Shown one piece after another: positions 1 through 13,320 of a DNA stretch of 64,000 nt (its first letter is position 1; each line of letters starts with the position of its first letter). This DNA is from Octopus sinensis (taxonomy: Eukaryota): positions 133,362,001 to 133,426,000 of the forward strand of contig NC_043001.1 in the NCBI RefSeq assembly GCF_006345805.1. Direction: 5' to 3'. The translations under genes were made by a program, and so were the position numbers. The notes beneath the pieces were generated by a model. It did not search any database, was not told the origin of the DNA, and was given only the letters and a program-made list of their open reading frames with translations.

Positions 1-215
1 GCTGCATCACGGATGCAGCACGGATTTTTGTCAGAGAACAGGTCGCGGTCTTATAGCGATGAAAATATTTTCACAAATTAAACTTAAATGTTGAAGTGAA
101 TCGAACGGCTTTTGTGTGTTTCTTAAATGGCTTACAAACACCTTCCTCGCTGCAATTGTTTTCATTTCAGCACACGATCTCAGATCAAATTAATTGCTAT
201 GCGAGTACATCTCCG
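1..215. mobile_element. Tc1/mariner-type MITE, right part (about 67-bp TIR, TA flank)
   Basis: 149-215 is the reverse complement of the terminus at 12395-12462 (CGGAGATGTACTCGCATAGC...). The internal sequence matches 12470-12610. Followed by TA. Confidence 0.75.
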
Positions 216-217
216 TA

Positions 218-1646
218 ACATTTTGAGTCTGTTAAGTGCAATTGTAGATTTTGCTATATCCTTTGAGTTAGCATAACTGGCTTTAGTGTAAATTGACCCA
301 GTGTTTTATATGTGTGGATATGTATTTTCTGAAATATTGTTCTCTATAAGATGTACCCTCTATAAGATGTACCCAGTGTAAGCTATGGACACATAAGAGG
401 TGCAGTAATATCAAAGGAAGGCTAACCGGGAAGATAGTTTCTGTATGTAGCAGATGCTCGGGAGCAATGAACACTGAAAACTTCTGCCACATTCCGGGGA
501 GAAAAACTAGAAGTAGTTGATAGCTTCTGTTACCTAGGTGACCAAGTCAGTAGCGGGGGAGGGTGCGCTGAAAGTGTAGCTGCTAGAATAAGAATAGCCT
601 GGGCAAAGTTCAGAGAGCTCTTACCTCTGCTGGTGACAAAGGGCCTCTCGCTCAGAGTAAAAAGTAGACTGTATGACACGTGTGTACAAACAGCCATGGT
701 ACATGGCAGTGAAACATGGGCTGTGACTACCGAAGACATGCATAAGCTTGCAAGGAATGAAGCCAGTATGATCCAATGGATGTGTAATGTCAGTGTGTAA
801 GTACCTTGAGAGAAAAGTTGGACCTAAGAAGCATAAGATGTGGTGTGCAAGAGAGAAGACTGCGCTGGTATCGTCATGTGGCGAGAATGGATAAGGATAG
901 CTGTGTGAAAAAGTGCTACACCCTAGCAGTTGAGGGAACCTGTGGAAGAAGTAGACCCAGGAAGACCAGGGATGAAGTGGTGAAGTACGACCTTCAAACT
1001 TTAGGCCTCACCAAGGAAATGACTAGTGACCAAGACTTTTGGAAATATGCTGTGCTTGAGAAGACCCGGCAAGCCAAATGAGACCATAACCTTGTGGCCT
1101 ATGCCAGGAGCATAACTAGCTCACTTATACATACCTTTTCTTTCTTTGGTCACTAAACTCTGCTTGCGAAGACCTGTTGAGGCAAGTGAAATCAAAATCA
1201 AATTCATGACTGGCATCCGTGCTAGCGGGGTGCAAAGAGCACCATACGAGTGTGATCATTGATAGAGTAGCTAACCAGCTTCCATGCTAGAAGCACATAA
1301 AAGGCACTAATCGAGTGTGATCGTTACCACCATCGCCTTACTGGCACTTGTGTCCATGCTAGTAGGGTGCCAAGAGCACCATCCGAGCGGGATCGTTGCC
1401 AGAGCTACTAACAGGCTTCCGTGCTGGTGGCACGTAAAAGGCATCTTTCGAGTGTGATCGTTACCAGTGTCTCCTTACTGGCACCTGTGCAGGTGGCATG
1501 TGTAAAAAAGATTCGAGCGAGGTCGTTGCCAGTACCGCCTGACTGGCCTCCATGCCGGTGGCATGTAAAAGGCACCCACTACACTCTCGGAGTGGTTGGC
1601 GTTAGGAAGGGCATCCAGCTGTAGAAACTCTGCCAGATCAAGATTG
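218..1646 (+). mobile_element. RTE-clade LINE 3' fragment (RT C-terminus pseudogene plus tandem-repeat 3' UTR)
   Basis: Translates as LEVVDSFCYLGD..AARIRIAWAKFRELLPLL..GSETWA and RRLRWYRHVARM..RPRKT, ending at a stop at 1081. The 3' UTR has about 60-bp repeats and GGCGTTAGGAAGGGCATCCAGC. Confidence 0.85.
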
Positions 1647-2544
1647 GAGCTTTATCCTTCGACAATGACAAGTCTCTAACTAAATCATTTAACTCTCCTT
1701 GAGAAAATTGCTGTGGTACATCTTCATTTTCAATCGTGAAATCTGCATCCTCTTCGGTGTCTTCCACAGCAGTTGTTTTTTATTCAAGAAATTCATCTTT
1801 GTCAGACATCTGAAGGCCATTTTCTGGTGATATTGGAATAGGATGATCATCGTCGTTGTGTGGTACTGGTCTTCTTGCTGATTCCAAGTTGGGATACACA
1901 ATCTTATGCTTGATCTTTACAGTAAATCCACATACATTAATGTTGCAAAAATAACAGTCCATGAAATGATCCTTTGGCTCTCTCCATATCATAGGTATTG
2001 CAAACGGCATTGCTCTCATCCTCTTATTTAGCCAATCCCTTAGTCCATTTGAATAAGCTGAGCAGATGATGTGTGGGGCCCATCTCTTATCTTGATCCCT
2101 GAGAGAGCAGCCAAAGTATAACTGGTAGATCTTTTTGATTTCACTTGTGATGGCACGTTGCTGAGTTTTGGTGGTAAATGAACCACAGACATGACAAAAT
2201 ACATCAGGACTGTTCTTGCAATGCCTTGACATCCTGAGTAGATGATGATGATGATTTGATACCTTAAACAGGAAGTAAAATTTATGGAAAGAAAAGATTA
2301 TGAAAGCATAAAATTACAAAATGAATACAAATAGTTATAAAACAAAAGTCAGAATTTACCTGTATAAGGTTAGGGTTAGGGTTACGTGTAGCAATACTGC
2401 TGATGGGAGTTATATACCTCTCTTATCTCATCAGAAAAACTGTGCCTGATAGAAGGAAACTGATTACATTTTTGAAATCTGCAGACAAAACTACATATAA
2501 AACACCATATAATATCCCTGATGAAAATTGGCTGTTGACCAGTG
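1647..2544 (-). mobile_element. Chapaev3-like (CMC superfamily) DNA transposon, 5' terminus plus transposase N-terminal pseudogene
   Basis: Minus-strand terminus CACTGGTCAAC at 2544. ORF 1780-2232 has CxNSPDxFCxxCG, DQDKxWAPH, PMIWREPxDH and DCYFC motifs. It continues as FSQGELNDLVRDLSLSKDKA and is truncated at about 1647. The family name is from recall of these motifs. Confidence 0.7.
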
Positions 2545-3750
2545 TTATTGCCAAATTATAAGGTCATTCTTACTCAGTTATACTGAGGTCATGCTCATGT
2601 TAACAATAGAGATGGAAATTTCTGTTCAGTATTTTATTTGTCTGGTTCTAATTGATATATTAATGTGTTTTCATAAAATAAAACTGAATGGTGGAGAAAT
2701 GAATTGAGAATTTTTAAAACTGAAATTTAATTTCAAAATTTAACTCAAATTTCAATGAAAGTCTAAAATTTTAAATTCAATTTTTACATCCTATTTAAGA
2801 TAAAATTTTAATTTCAGAAAATTTACTCTGTATTTTAGATATGAAAGCCTCTCATTCATTTGAAATTTCAAATTAATAAACCTTCACTCTCCACTCCACC
2901 CCAGCAACAACCCACCACCTCAATAATACATGAATATGGGTGAAATAAATCAAAAATGTTCTAGATGAACATTTCCTTATCAGGATTCTGCAAGATATCA
3001 TAAGAGGTTCTGCATGAAACTGAGAAATAGACTAATTATATGAAAATATATTTTTTAATTATTCCGGTATATAATTTTATAAAAATGACCTCTTAAAGGG
3101 GAATTGTCAACAAATGTGGTTTTAAACAAGCTTAAGACAAAATTTCTTAAACTTTGTCTAATGGATTTGCTAAACCTTTCAAAAACATTTATGATTAGTT
3201 CAATCTCTTTTATGTTCTTAGCTACTGAGTGTTAAAAGATTATGTAAGTGGGTCTCTCTGAATCAAAAATTTCTTTTGCTTTCTTTATCAACGAAGCATT
3301 TTTTGTTAAAAATTTTAAAAAAATAATCTACTCTACAAGGTATTTATATTATGCATCAGGAAACTGTTAAAAAGACTAATTGAAATTATAAAAACAGAAA
3401 ATATAAACATGTACAACAATTTTTGCTTAGAATCTCATGTGGATGTGAAGGATAGTTATTTCTTTAAACATGTTTTGTATTTTCAGAAATCATTAAATAC
3501 TTTGGATTCTGCACCATCTGCATTTGTCTAAGATTTAACCATGAATTAAGTATTTGTATACCAAATGACAAGCACAGGTTTCTCATTTAACTTTTCTCTT
3601 TTATTTTTCAGTTGCTTCAGTCGTTACGCTGAAATGCCTTGAAAAGATTTCATTCAAACCAATTTCTTTTGGATTTTTAAAGTAGATTCAGTTCTCTATC
3701 TCGGTTTCTTTTCTATTAATATTGTGTTCAATAACCTAATACTTCATTCT

Positions 3751-3933
3751 GGCGAGCTGGCAGTAATATTAACACACTGTCTTTATGTTCTGAGTTCAAA
3801 TTCCGCTGAGATTGCTTTGCCTTTCATCCTTTCAGGGTTGATAAATTAAGTACCATTTATATATGGGAGTCAATCTAATCAACTGGACCCCTCCTACAAA
3901 ATTTCAGGCCTTGTGCCTAGAGAATAAAAGAAT
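3751..3933 (+). mobile_element. SINE family D, old diverged copy
   Basis: GGCGAGCTGGCAG..GTTCTGAGTTCAAATTCCGC..TTTGCCTTTCATCCTTTC, matching the copy at 44053. Confidence 0.7.
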
Positions 3934-4339
3934 ATCACAAAGCAAAAGAATCAACCTGTAACTCTTTTATTAAGTGCTGAATACAAAATGTATGTTTTTG
4001 ACTAAATAAAAAAAGTAAATCATTTTAATGAGAACTTTGTGCCCGGTGACAATGGTAGATTTTCTTGATTCGAAAAGACAATTTTGTTAGCTTCAGCCAT
4101 GTTTCGTAATTTCAAGTCAGCTTCTCTTAGCTTAAAAGAAATCTTCAGCAGCATGAAACTAATCACATGGCTACTAAGCAATATTATCATCCACACAAAC
4201 ATGTCTGCATCTGTGTAAACTAATAAATATTTCATACAAATTACACATGTATGTTATCATCATTATCATTTAAAGCATCTATCTGTCTATCTGTCTGTCT
4301 ATCCTTCTATCTATCTGTGTGTGTGTGGGTGTTCTGTTT

Positions 4340-4500
4340 TGGCATGGTTTTTATGGACTGAGTGTTGTTTATGTGGCACCAACACTGGTGAGATCAGCTT
4401 TGGCATGGTTTTTACAGCTGGATGTCCTTCCAAACACCAACCACTTTACAGTGTGGACTGGATGCTTTTTAAGTGGCACCAGCACTGGCAGGGTCACCCA
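4340..4500 (-). mobile_element. RTE 3' UTR fragment
   Basis: Reverse complement of the GGAAGGGCATCCAGC..AAAACCATGCC motif seen at about 1600 and 10003. Confidence 0.6.
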
Positions 4501-4967
4501 GTAACTTGCAAAACAAAGATCCTTTGAGAGGGAAGGGGGTGTTGAAGGAGGTGATCTTGTGCCAGGTGATGAGATGTTATAGTGTGACAGAGAGACAGAA
4601 ACAAGTGGATCATCTAATTATCTCTCCTCATGCATTAGGCTTGTGTCTATCTATCTACTTCTACAGCATACCCAAACACATGATCCCTCTTCTCTCATAA
4701 ACTCTTGGAAACACCACCCACCCATCAACTACCACTCCTTTCACCTCATCAGATATCACCAATTCATTCTCACTTTCTTTCTCCTAAATGTAACCAGCCA
4801 TGTAACACTCCTACAAAAAGGACCTGCCCTACCACAACCTCTTCTCTCACACCTGAACTCCCATCTAACATAAGGTTTCAGCACCCCATACTTCCTCAAG
4901 TTTGTAAACTTGCAAACTACAAGGTGACCTCAATAGTGCCCATGAGTTGCAAAAAAGAAACAACCAG

Positions 4968-5143
4968 TTTATGCTGTAAAGTGGATGGTGTTAGAAGGGC
5001 ATCCAGCCATAGCAGACACTGGAGCATGATGCAGTCCTTGAACTCACCAGATACTTGTTAAACCATCCAACACATGCCAACATGGAACATGAATGTTAAA
5101 TGATGAGGATGAAGACGATGAGGATGATGATGATGATGATGAT
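4968..5143 (+). mobile_element. RTE 3' end with (GAT)n tail
   Basis: GTTAGAAGGGCATCCAGCC..CCAACACATGCCAACATGGAA..TTAAA(TGA)n. Confidence 0.7.
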
Positions 5144-5451
5144 ATGTATATGTGTGTGTGTAATCTATATATATAAAATTGAGAATGTTTGTCTGTGTGT
5201 CTGTATGTGCACATCACTAAAACTCAAGAACTACCCAACTGATTTCATTCAAATTTTACACATGCCTTATTTAGGGTCTATGCAGTGTCATGGGCTAAAA
5301 TATTTTCAACTTCTTGCTTAATGTGCGCCTTGAGTAATCTCTGATCTCTTATACTATTTCAGTATTACATGTCAAAAGTGAAACAATAACTTCTCTATTT
5401 ATCAGATTTGTATCAGATTTATTAGTGAAACTATTAATACTTTCATTATGT

Positions 5452-5489
<38 letters not shown>

Positions 5490-5494
<5 letters not shown>

Positions 5495-5700
5495 TAATCC
5501 AAACAAGAAAACACAAAAAGACAACAACGCAAGGATGTGGAACAAATAAAGTATTATTGGATGCTCAGGAAAGAAGGGAAGAAGGAGGGTTTAACGTTTC
5601 GAGCGGAGCTCTTCGTCAGAAACATAGGAGAAGGGAAGACAGAGGGAAAAAAATCGCTGGCGGTACTCACGAGGTCCACTTCTATTACTTTCACTATGAT
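5490..5700 (-). mobile_element. Non-autonomous Penelope-type terminal repeat carrying a minimal HHR
   Basis: Repeated at 6730-6940 and abuts (TA)n. Contains CTGACGA-A-GAGC(TCC)GCTC-GAAACGTT on the minus strand. Confidence 0.6.
5589..5623 (-). ncRNA. Minimal type I hammerhead ribozyme motif (core intact)
   Basis: GTTT-CTGACGA-A-GAGC/GCTC-GAAA-CG-TT-AAAC. Stem I is GTTT/AAAC and stem III is the palindrome ACGT. Confidence 0.6.
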
Positions 5701-6729
5701 ATATTTATGTATGTATATGTATATACCCAAGTACCTCATTTTCATATACCTACTAGCAGAGATACTCAGCATTGCCCAAGTTACATACAATTGAAGAATT
5801 AGACTTTTCTGTTATATTTTTTGTAATGAACTGGAATACCTATGTTTCGAATTTCATCAAAATTGCAGATGAGGGTTATTTCCCTCTTTACACATGTAGT
5901 ATGATTACAAAAAAATTGTAATCATGCTACTTTAATAGTTTCAGTATTAAACTGAAACTATTAAAGTGAAAGCATCTTACATTACAATAGAAAGATATTG
6001 TTTCACTTTTGACACATAATACTGAAATAGTAGAAAAGATATGATATTGCTGTGGGCTCACACTAGACAAAAAGTTAGTTTTTTTTTGCCCATGACACTA
6101 CATGGACCCTAAGTAAGGCATGTGTAAAATTTGAATGAGATTGGTTGTAGTTCTCAAGTTTTAGAGATTCACACAGACAGACAGAGAGACACACACACAC
6201 ATACATTCTCATCTTTATATATATAGATTACTTCACTCCGCTTGAGTAATAAAGGTAGATTGAGGTATTTTTATCTATTGACTGAAACTGCTGTATGTTA
6301 TTTTCCCAATTTATATTCATGTTTGTTATTTTATGATAGTTATTGGTATCCCTATATATTACTATATTTTTTATCTTATATCTTATATGTAAAGCATAAT
6401 ATGTTATATATTTGTATGCTTATTATTGTAATTATCAGTTTAGTAAATAAATAAATAAGATAACATAATAAAAGTTGATGAACAACCTATTAATATTTTC
6501 TCAAGACTTTTCCTTTTAAACTGTTTTAACATTTTTATTATTATTATCAAAGAATGTATATATGTATTGTAATATTTTGTGCCAACCAGTACTTAACACA
6601 ACAAAGTTTTTACAAAGCTTTTACATTTTACTTTTGACAATCTTTTTCTAAAAAAGTGAAACCGGTCAAATGAATAAACACCTTTGAAAATTGCATTTTT
6701 AAACCTTCTTTCATATATATATATATATA

Positions 6730-6940
6730 TAGTTAATCCAAACATGAAAGCACAAAGAGAAAACACAACAATGTGAGGGCGTTGAACAAGTATAGTATTA
6801 TTGGATGCTCAGGAAAGAAGGAGGGTTTAACGTTTCAAGCAGAGCTCTTCGGCAGAAACATAGCAAAAGGAAAGATCCAAAGAAGGGAAGATGGAGGAAA
6901 AAAATTCGCCAACGGTACACACGTGGTCACATTTTGAAAT
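6730..6940 (-). mobile_element. Second copy of the 5490-5700 repeat (HHR core mutated to CTGCCGA at 6825-6859)
   Basis: Direct similarity to 5490-5700. Confidence 0.65.
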
Positions 6941-6949
6941 GTATATATA

Positions 6950-7449
6950 TAATCAAACACAACACACAAAATCCAAAATACGAAAGCAGCTGTTCATGCA
7001 AGGATAAAAATTTGTGCCCGCTAAATGGAGCTTGCATGTCCGAGACCATCACTTACGAAGCCACTGTGGACTCTAAACCCACTAAAGACACGGTTTCGAC
7101 AAAGAAATACGTGGGCCTTACAGAGGGTAATTTCAAGGCTAGGTTCAATAATCACACCTTGAGCTTTAGGCATTGGGATAAAAGGAAAACGACCAAATTA
7201 TCCAGTCATATATGGTCATTAAAAGATAAAGGTGTCAGTTACAACATTCATTGGAAGATCTTAGCCAAGTGTAGGCTTTACACCAACGGCAGTGGAAAGT
7301 GCGGTCTATGTGATATGGAAAGACGGCTCATCTGGAAAAGCAGCTTAGACCCCACAGCATGTCTGAATTCAAGAACTGAACTTTTCGGATCATGCCCATA
7401 TGTGGCCAAATATTTGTTACGTTTTTGGTCCCCCCGAGACTACAGATAG
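6950..7449 (+). pseudogene. Penelope-like GIY-YIG endonuclease domain, 5' truncated
   Basis: CSCxxxxxCPLNGxC..TYEATV..YVGLTEGNFKxRFNNHxxSF..LSSHIWSLK..CGLC..LNSRTEL..C. Confidence 0.85.
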
Positions 7450-8401
7450 AACTTGCTTTCTGTATTGTGTCCACGCACAAGCTTTTTATCTCTTTATACC
7501 TTTTACTTATATTTCTCTTATATATTTTTATTTATATTTTTTATAAAAGGAGTAAATTTTTCAAATATTAATTATAATAAAGGGTAAAAGTCATCAATAA
7601 TTTTAATGAGGGGTCATCATGGAAATAAAAACCTTATAGGTAAATTTCACAAATATTTTAATAATTATATACATAATTATAACAAGGGTTTGGCTATAAG
7701 TCTCTCCACACACTGTTTCTTACTTGTGAATCTAGCAGAAGCTCCTGGGGCCTTCACAAAGTACTGAAATGCTACATGTGCATTGAAGTCAGAGGTTTCT
7801 ACTCTAAAGGAAATTAGAAATTGTATTTCTTTGAAACAAATGAATGTCTCCCATGTAAAAGTGTCAAATCTTCTGAAATGCATCTTGTAATATGTATACC
7901 ATCCAACATAGTGGTTACTGCCAAGAATTGAATCAGCAATGTTGTCAACATACAGAACTGAATACTCCTATCACCGAAAAACAACAAAAATTAAAAGATT
8001 TTGGTGTTGCACTTGTTTGTACAAATGATTTGATCTGGTACTTTGTATTGAAACTAAAACAATTACATTATATGTCATGTTAGCTACTTAAACACACACA
8101 CACACACAAATGTTTAACAACTGTATTTACCTTTGCTTTATTTTGTGATAGAATTATATATTATAAAATGTCAAAAGGGTATCTTTCCAGCCTTATCATT
8201 TAAGGTCTAAGGAGGATAACACTTTTACCTTTTTTTACCATTTACTTTTTATTTGTGACATTTTCGTTTCTATTTTTTGTTTTCTGTTTTTCGTTTTATG
8301 TTGTTTACTGTCTGCATTTTCTATGTGTTGCCTTCTCAGTTTTTTTTTTTTTGCGTTTCCTCTTTTATTCAGTTTATTTAGTTCATTATGATATGTGGTT
8401 T

Positions 8402-8454
8402 GTGCCTGAAGAATATGTTTGAGTTCTCTCAACATATGAAACTATTAGTAATGC
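8402..8454 (+). ncRNA. Hammerhead-like motif at the end of a T-rich Penelope-type 3' region
   Basis: CTGAAGA-ATATGTT(T)GAG(TTCT)CTCAACATAT-GAAA-CTATTAG-TA. Stems II and III pair well; stem I pairs poorly. Confidence 0.5.
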
Positions 8455-8508
8455 TTTAATACATGTATTGTGACCTTTAAATAAATAATATACATATATA
8501 TGTATATG

Positions 8509-8584
<76 letters not shown>

Positions 8585-8587
<3 letters not shown>

Positions 8588-8993
8588 CGCGGGAGTGGCT
8601 GTGTGGTAAGTAGCTTGCTAACCAACCACATGGTTCCGGGTTCAGTCCCACTGCGTGGCATCTTGGGCAAGTGTCTTCTGCTATAGCCTCGGGCCGACCA
8701 ATGCCTTGTGAGTGGATTTGGTAGACGGAAACTGAAAGAAGCCTGTCGTATATATGTGTATATATATATGTGTGTGTGTGTTTGTGTGTCTGTGTTTGTC
8801 CCCCTAGCATTGCTTGACAACCGATGCTGGTGTGTTTCTGTCCCCGTTACTTAGCGGTTCGGCAAAAGAGACCGATATAATAAGTACTGGGCTTACAAAA
8901 GAATAAGTCCCGGGGTCGAGTTGCTCGATTAAAGGCGGTGCTCCAGCATGTCCACAGTCAAATGACTGAAACAAGTAAAAGAGTAAAAGAGTA
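8585..8993 (+). mobile_element. tRNA-derived SINE family A, full length
   Basis: Head AGGCGCGGGAGTGGCTGTGTGGT, B-box-like GGGTTCAGTCCC, internal (TA)(TG) tract and (AGTAAAAG)n tail. At least 13 further copies in the window. Confidence 0.9.
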
Positions 8994-9228
<235 letters not shown>

Positions 9229-10002
9229 TTTTGTTATATATTTAAATAATATAAATATAATAATCTTATGTATTGGCTTAAGTTTTTCATTGTTTGATTT
9301 GCCTAATAGTGGTTTTGTCTCTAATTTAATATAATATAATATTTTACTATAAAATTGGATTCAATCCTAAATCTGATTTTTCCCTGTAAATTTGGATTTA
9401 TTCCCTAATATTTATTATTATATATATATATATGTATACATGTATGCATGTATGTATGTATGTATGTACGTACGTACATATGTATGTATATTATATATGC
9501 ATACAATACCTAATGTGTTTTAAATTTCATCATGAGTCACACTGTAAAATTTAGCATGAAATGAATTAGTGTATGTTTTGGCTTATTAAACACACTCTTT
9601 TCTGGACAAATATGTACCACAAAATCACTCAATATCTGATCACTAAAAGGTAATTTTGTATTGTGGTGTTTGGCAGATGGATTTAGTTTTCATTAGAACC
9701 CCATGCATGTAATATACATCAAAAGTATATCCCAGTACTAAAGTTACGATATTTATTAGTTTTGTAATGCACTGATTAATTACTAAGAAGTTTACAAGGA
9801 TTTATTGACACCAATAAGTGATCAGTCATTCGCTTTGTTTGGTGTATAGTGTATCATCAATGATATAACATCTTAGACACACACTATTTGTGAGCTGGTA
9901 GAAGTACCATCAAAGTAAAAGCCATCCGTTATGTCTATGTTTAGTTATTCAGATGAGAATACCTATTTATGACACTATACACTGGTTACGATTAAAAGAC
10001 AT

Positions 10003-10166
10003 GTTGGCATTAGGAAGGGCATCCAGCTATAGAAACTTTGCCAGATCAGATTGGAGCCTGGTGCAGCCTTCTGGCTTGCCAGCTCTCAGACAAACCGTCC
10101 AACCCATGCCAGCATGGAAAGCAGACGTTAAACGATGATGATGATGATAATGATGATGATGATGAT
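10003..10166 (+). mobile_element. RTE 3' end with (GAT)n tail
   Basis: GGCATTAGGAAGGGCATCCAGC..CCAACCCATGCCAGCATGGAAAGCAGACGTTAAAC(GAT)n. Confidence 0.8.
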
Positions 10167-10224
10167 GGGAAACAGATGATTGTCAGATGGGGCCAAATCA
10201 GGAGAATAGGGAGAATGATTAACT

Positions 10225-10960
10225 AGTTCAAAGCCACAGTCATACATAGCAACCATTGAAACCCAAAACTTACATGCTGGAACTTTCTCCTAGTGAAACA
10301 AGACCCCCTTCTACCAGATTTCCTGGCCGTTCGGTTTTGATAGCCTATAATAACTACTTCAGCAAGTTGGTGTAGCACTCTCCATTGATGTTGTAGTCTT
10401 TATTAGATTATCAATGAACACAATACTTTTTGCATCCCCAAAAACTGAGGCCTACAGATAAAACAATCTTGGCCTTTTTTGAAAAAGGTGAGATGGGGTG
10501 ATTCCATTATATGGATTGCCTCTTTCTCTCTGTTTCAAAGTGATCAACCCAACACTCATCATTGGTTGGGAAATTTTCAAGGAAACCTGTTAGATTTGCC
10601 AGAAACAATGCTAAATTTTCCTCTGGTGCATGTTTGATCAGGTGTCAGAAGATGTGGCACCCACTGAGCAGAACCATTCATCATACCAAGTTCATTGTGC
10701 AGAATATTCTCAACTCCCACATGGGATATACTAATAGCATTGGCTATCTGATTTATAGCCAATCGTCTGTCACCCATCATCATATAGTGAATACAATCAC
10801 TGTTTTCCTCAATGGTGGAAGTTGCAAGATGTCCAGATCTTGAGTCATCTTCATGACTTTCCCTTCCTCTCCTAAATCCAGCTACCTACCTTTGCACTGT
10901 TGACAAACCTGGATGATTATATCGTAGATAACGATAATATATTTTCCAGTTTTACACAAG
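10225..10960 (-). pseudogene. Mariner transposase remnant (N-terminal to central part)
   Basis: DRRLAINQIA..ILHNELGM..AQWVPHLLT, a WVPHEL-type motif. Confidence 0.8.
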
Positions 10961-11329
10961 ATGTGTCTAAGAGAGGTAACTGTGTAGTGCCGATAACGTT
11001 ATTTACTGTCGAAAAGATATAACTAGAAACATAGAACTAAAAGTGTAAGTAGGATTTTTATCCGTCGAAACTTGGTATAATGCTAATATCTGGTCAAAGG
11101 AGGTAACTAAGCAGTGCGGATAGATGTGATCTCTGATGAAGGGAGTTAACAATGTAGTGTAGAGAATGTTAACAGTTGAAGGAATGTAAGGGAGGTAACT
11201 AACGTAGTTTAAGTCGGTGTACGAACAGAGCTTATTTCTGCACACAATATCACTAGATTTGAACCCAATTCTGCATGCTGACAAAAATATGTAAATAGGA
11301 TAACGTTAATGAAATAAAAATATAAACAA

Positions 11330-11727
11330 CTAGCAGTATAGCCCGGCGTTGCTCGGGTTTGTAAAGGAAATAACTATATAAGCATTTTCAGAGAGTTATA
11401 GCCAAAAAATAGCAAAAAAATGCATTAGAAATGGAAAAAAAATGACGGTAAATTTTTTTTTAAATCGTTGACTCATCGTAGACATTTTTAGAGAGTTACT
11501 TCCCTTATATAATAGCGAAAAAATGCATTAAAATGGAAAAAAAATGATGGTAAATTTTTTTTAAATCGTAGACTCATCGTAGACGCGCGCTAATACCCAG
11601 AAGGGCTCGATATGAATCACGACTATAAGATACCCGGTTTTGGTTAAACTGCATCGCAAAATGTGGGAGTAGTTAGGAATCTAAATCGGAGTAGACAGAC
11701 ACACAACCTTTCTTTTATATATAAAGA
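11330..11727 (-). mobile_element. Non-autonomous Helitron family H1
   Basis: Minus strand begins TC(TTTATATA) and ends with hairpin CCCGAGCAACGCCGGG then CTAG. Inserted at A|T. Copies at 28042, 34850 and 55548. Confidence 0.85.
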
Positions 11728-12334
11728 TTTCAACAGCAACTAAAAGCATTCATCAGCGATGCAATGTTTCTTTTTATACAATCACCTAAATATGTTTTAA
11801 CAATAATACACCTTGATGTAGTGGGCAATTCAATACGTAATTTCGTCACAGTTTACAATTTAGGTGTTTTTTTTTTATCCGTCAGTATTATTGGTATTTG
11901 CATATCGATATTTTCGCGGCAGCAGATGTTTTGTTAGTCTCTAACATGCAGCCAAATTACGTACATTTAAAAAAAAAATTTCACTGAACAATGTACTGCG
12001 TTTATGAAGCTATCGGGAGATGATCCTAAACGAATGAGACCAATATTAGTGTTCGTTTGATTAGAAAAAAATGGACCGGGAGAAAGTTCCAGGAGTAATG
12101 GAAACGACAAGCATATTGTTTAGTAAACTACATGTAGCGGGGAAATGATAACCATCTATCTCCTGGCCTTTGAGTACCTTGAACGAAGTTTTTTTTATTT
12201 ATCTGAAGACATGCATATCAAGTCACTGATTCGAGGATAGTATAATTTCCAAGTCGACAAATTATATCATTGTTTTGATGAAAATTGTTCATTGCTTGGC
12301 CCAAGACCTACTGAAGAGCCTTCCACGGGAGCTA

Positions 12335-12384
<50 letters not shown>

Positions 12385-12394
12385 TATATATATA

Positions 12395-12714
<320 letters not shown>

Positions 12715-12720
12715 CATATG

Positions 12721-12756
<36 letters not shown>

Positions 12757-12882
12757 GTGGCCCAGCAACAAAATTTGCTAAGGGGGTGAAAACCCAGGTC
12801 CTAATTTTTTTTACGAAAAATGTGGATTTTTCCAATGTTAACATTAAAACAAATGCAGGTATAATAATAATTTTTATTATTA

Positions 12883-13320
12883 TGAGGGTCGGCTGAAATG
12901 TTCATAATCTGAGCAAGAAGACACTCTCAATGGAATGTGACCAAATGAAATTCATTTTCTAACACAGTTCCTCTTACTGTCCACATACTTCCATTAGTAG
13001 TTGCAGTGCTTGGGTCGCACTGGTGAAGAAGCTTTTCTGTTGATCAAAATGGTCATCAACAACAGATAAGATGTTCTCATCATAGTGATACTGGTGCTCA
13101 TCTGAGTGTTTTTCTATGTTGGGAAACAGATGATAACCAGAAGGAACCAAATCACTAACATAGGGCGGATGATCAACCAGTTGAAAGCCAGTCACATACA
13201 GCAGCCATTGAAACCAAGGACTTGTGTGCTGAAGCATTGTCCTAATGAAACAAGACCCCATTCATCAGGGGTGTTTGGTCTTGATAGCCTTTCATAACTG
13301 CCTTAGGAAGTTGGTATTTA
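12883..13320 (-). pseudogene. Mariner 3' end with TIR and transposase C-terminal remnant
   Basis: DHPPYVSDLVPSGYHLFP (HPPYSPDLAPSD motif). TA-(T)GAGGG terminus at 12881. Confidence 0.8.

Larger units (their letters stand above)
5164..6227. mobile_element. Foldback element with two inverted Helitron-type 5' ends
   Basis: 5164-5440 and 5925-6227 are imperfect inverted repeats. Each begins TCTATATATATAAA..GAGAATGT followed by a (GT/GTCT) microsatellite. Confidence 0.65.

Noticed and set aside
2368-2384. Telomeric seed GGTTAGGGTTAGGGTTA inside the Chapaev-like element
   Set aside because: Under three units; too short to interpret.
11025-11080. GTC-GAAAC-TTG-GTA HHR-like 3' half
   Set aside because: The upstream CUGANGA core is not recognisable.
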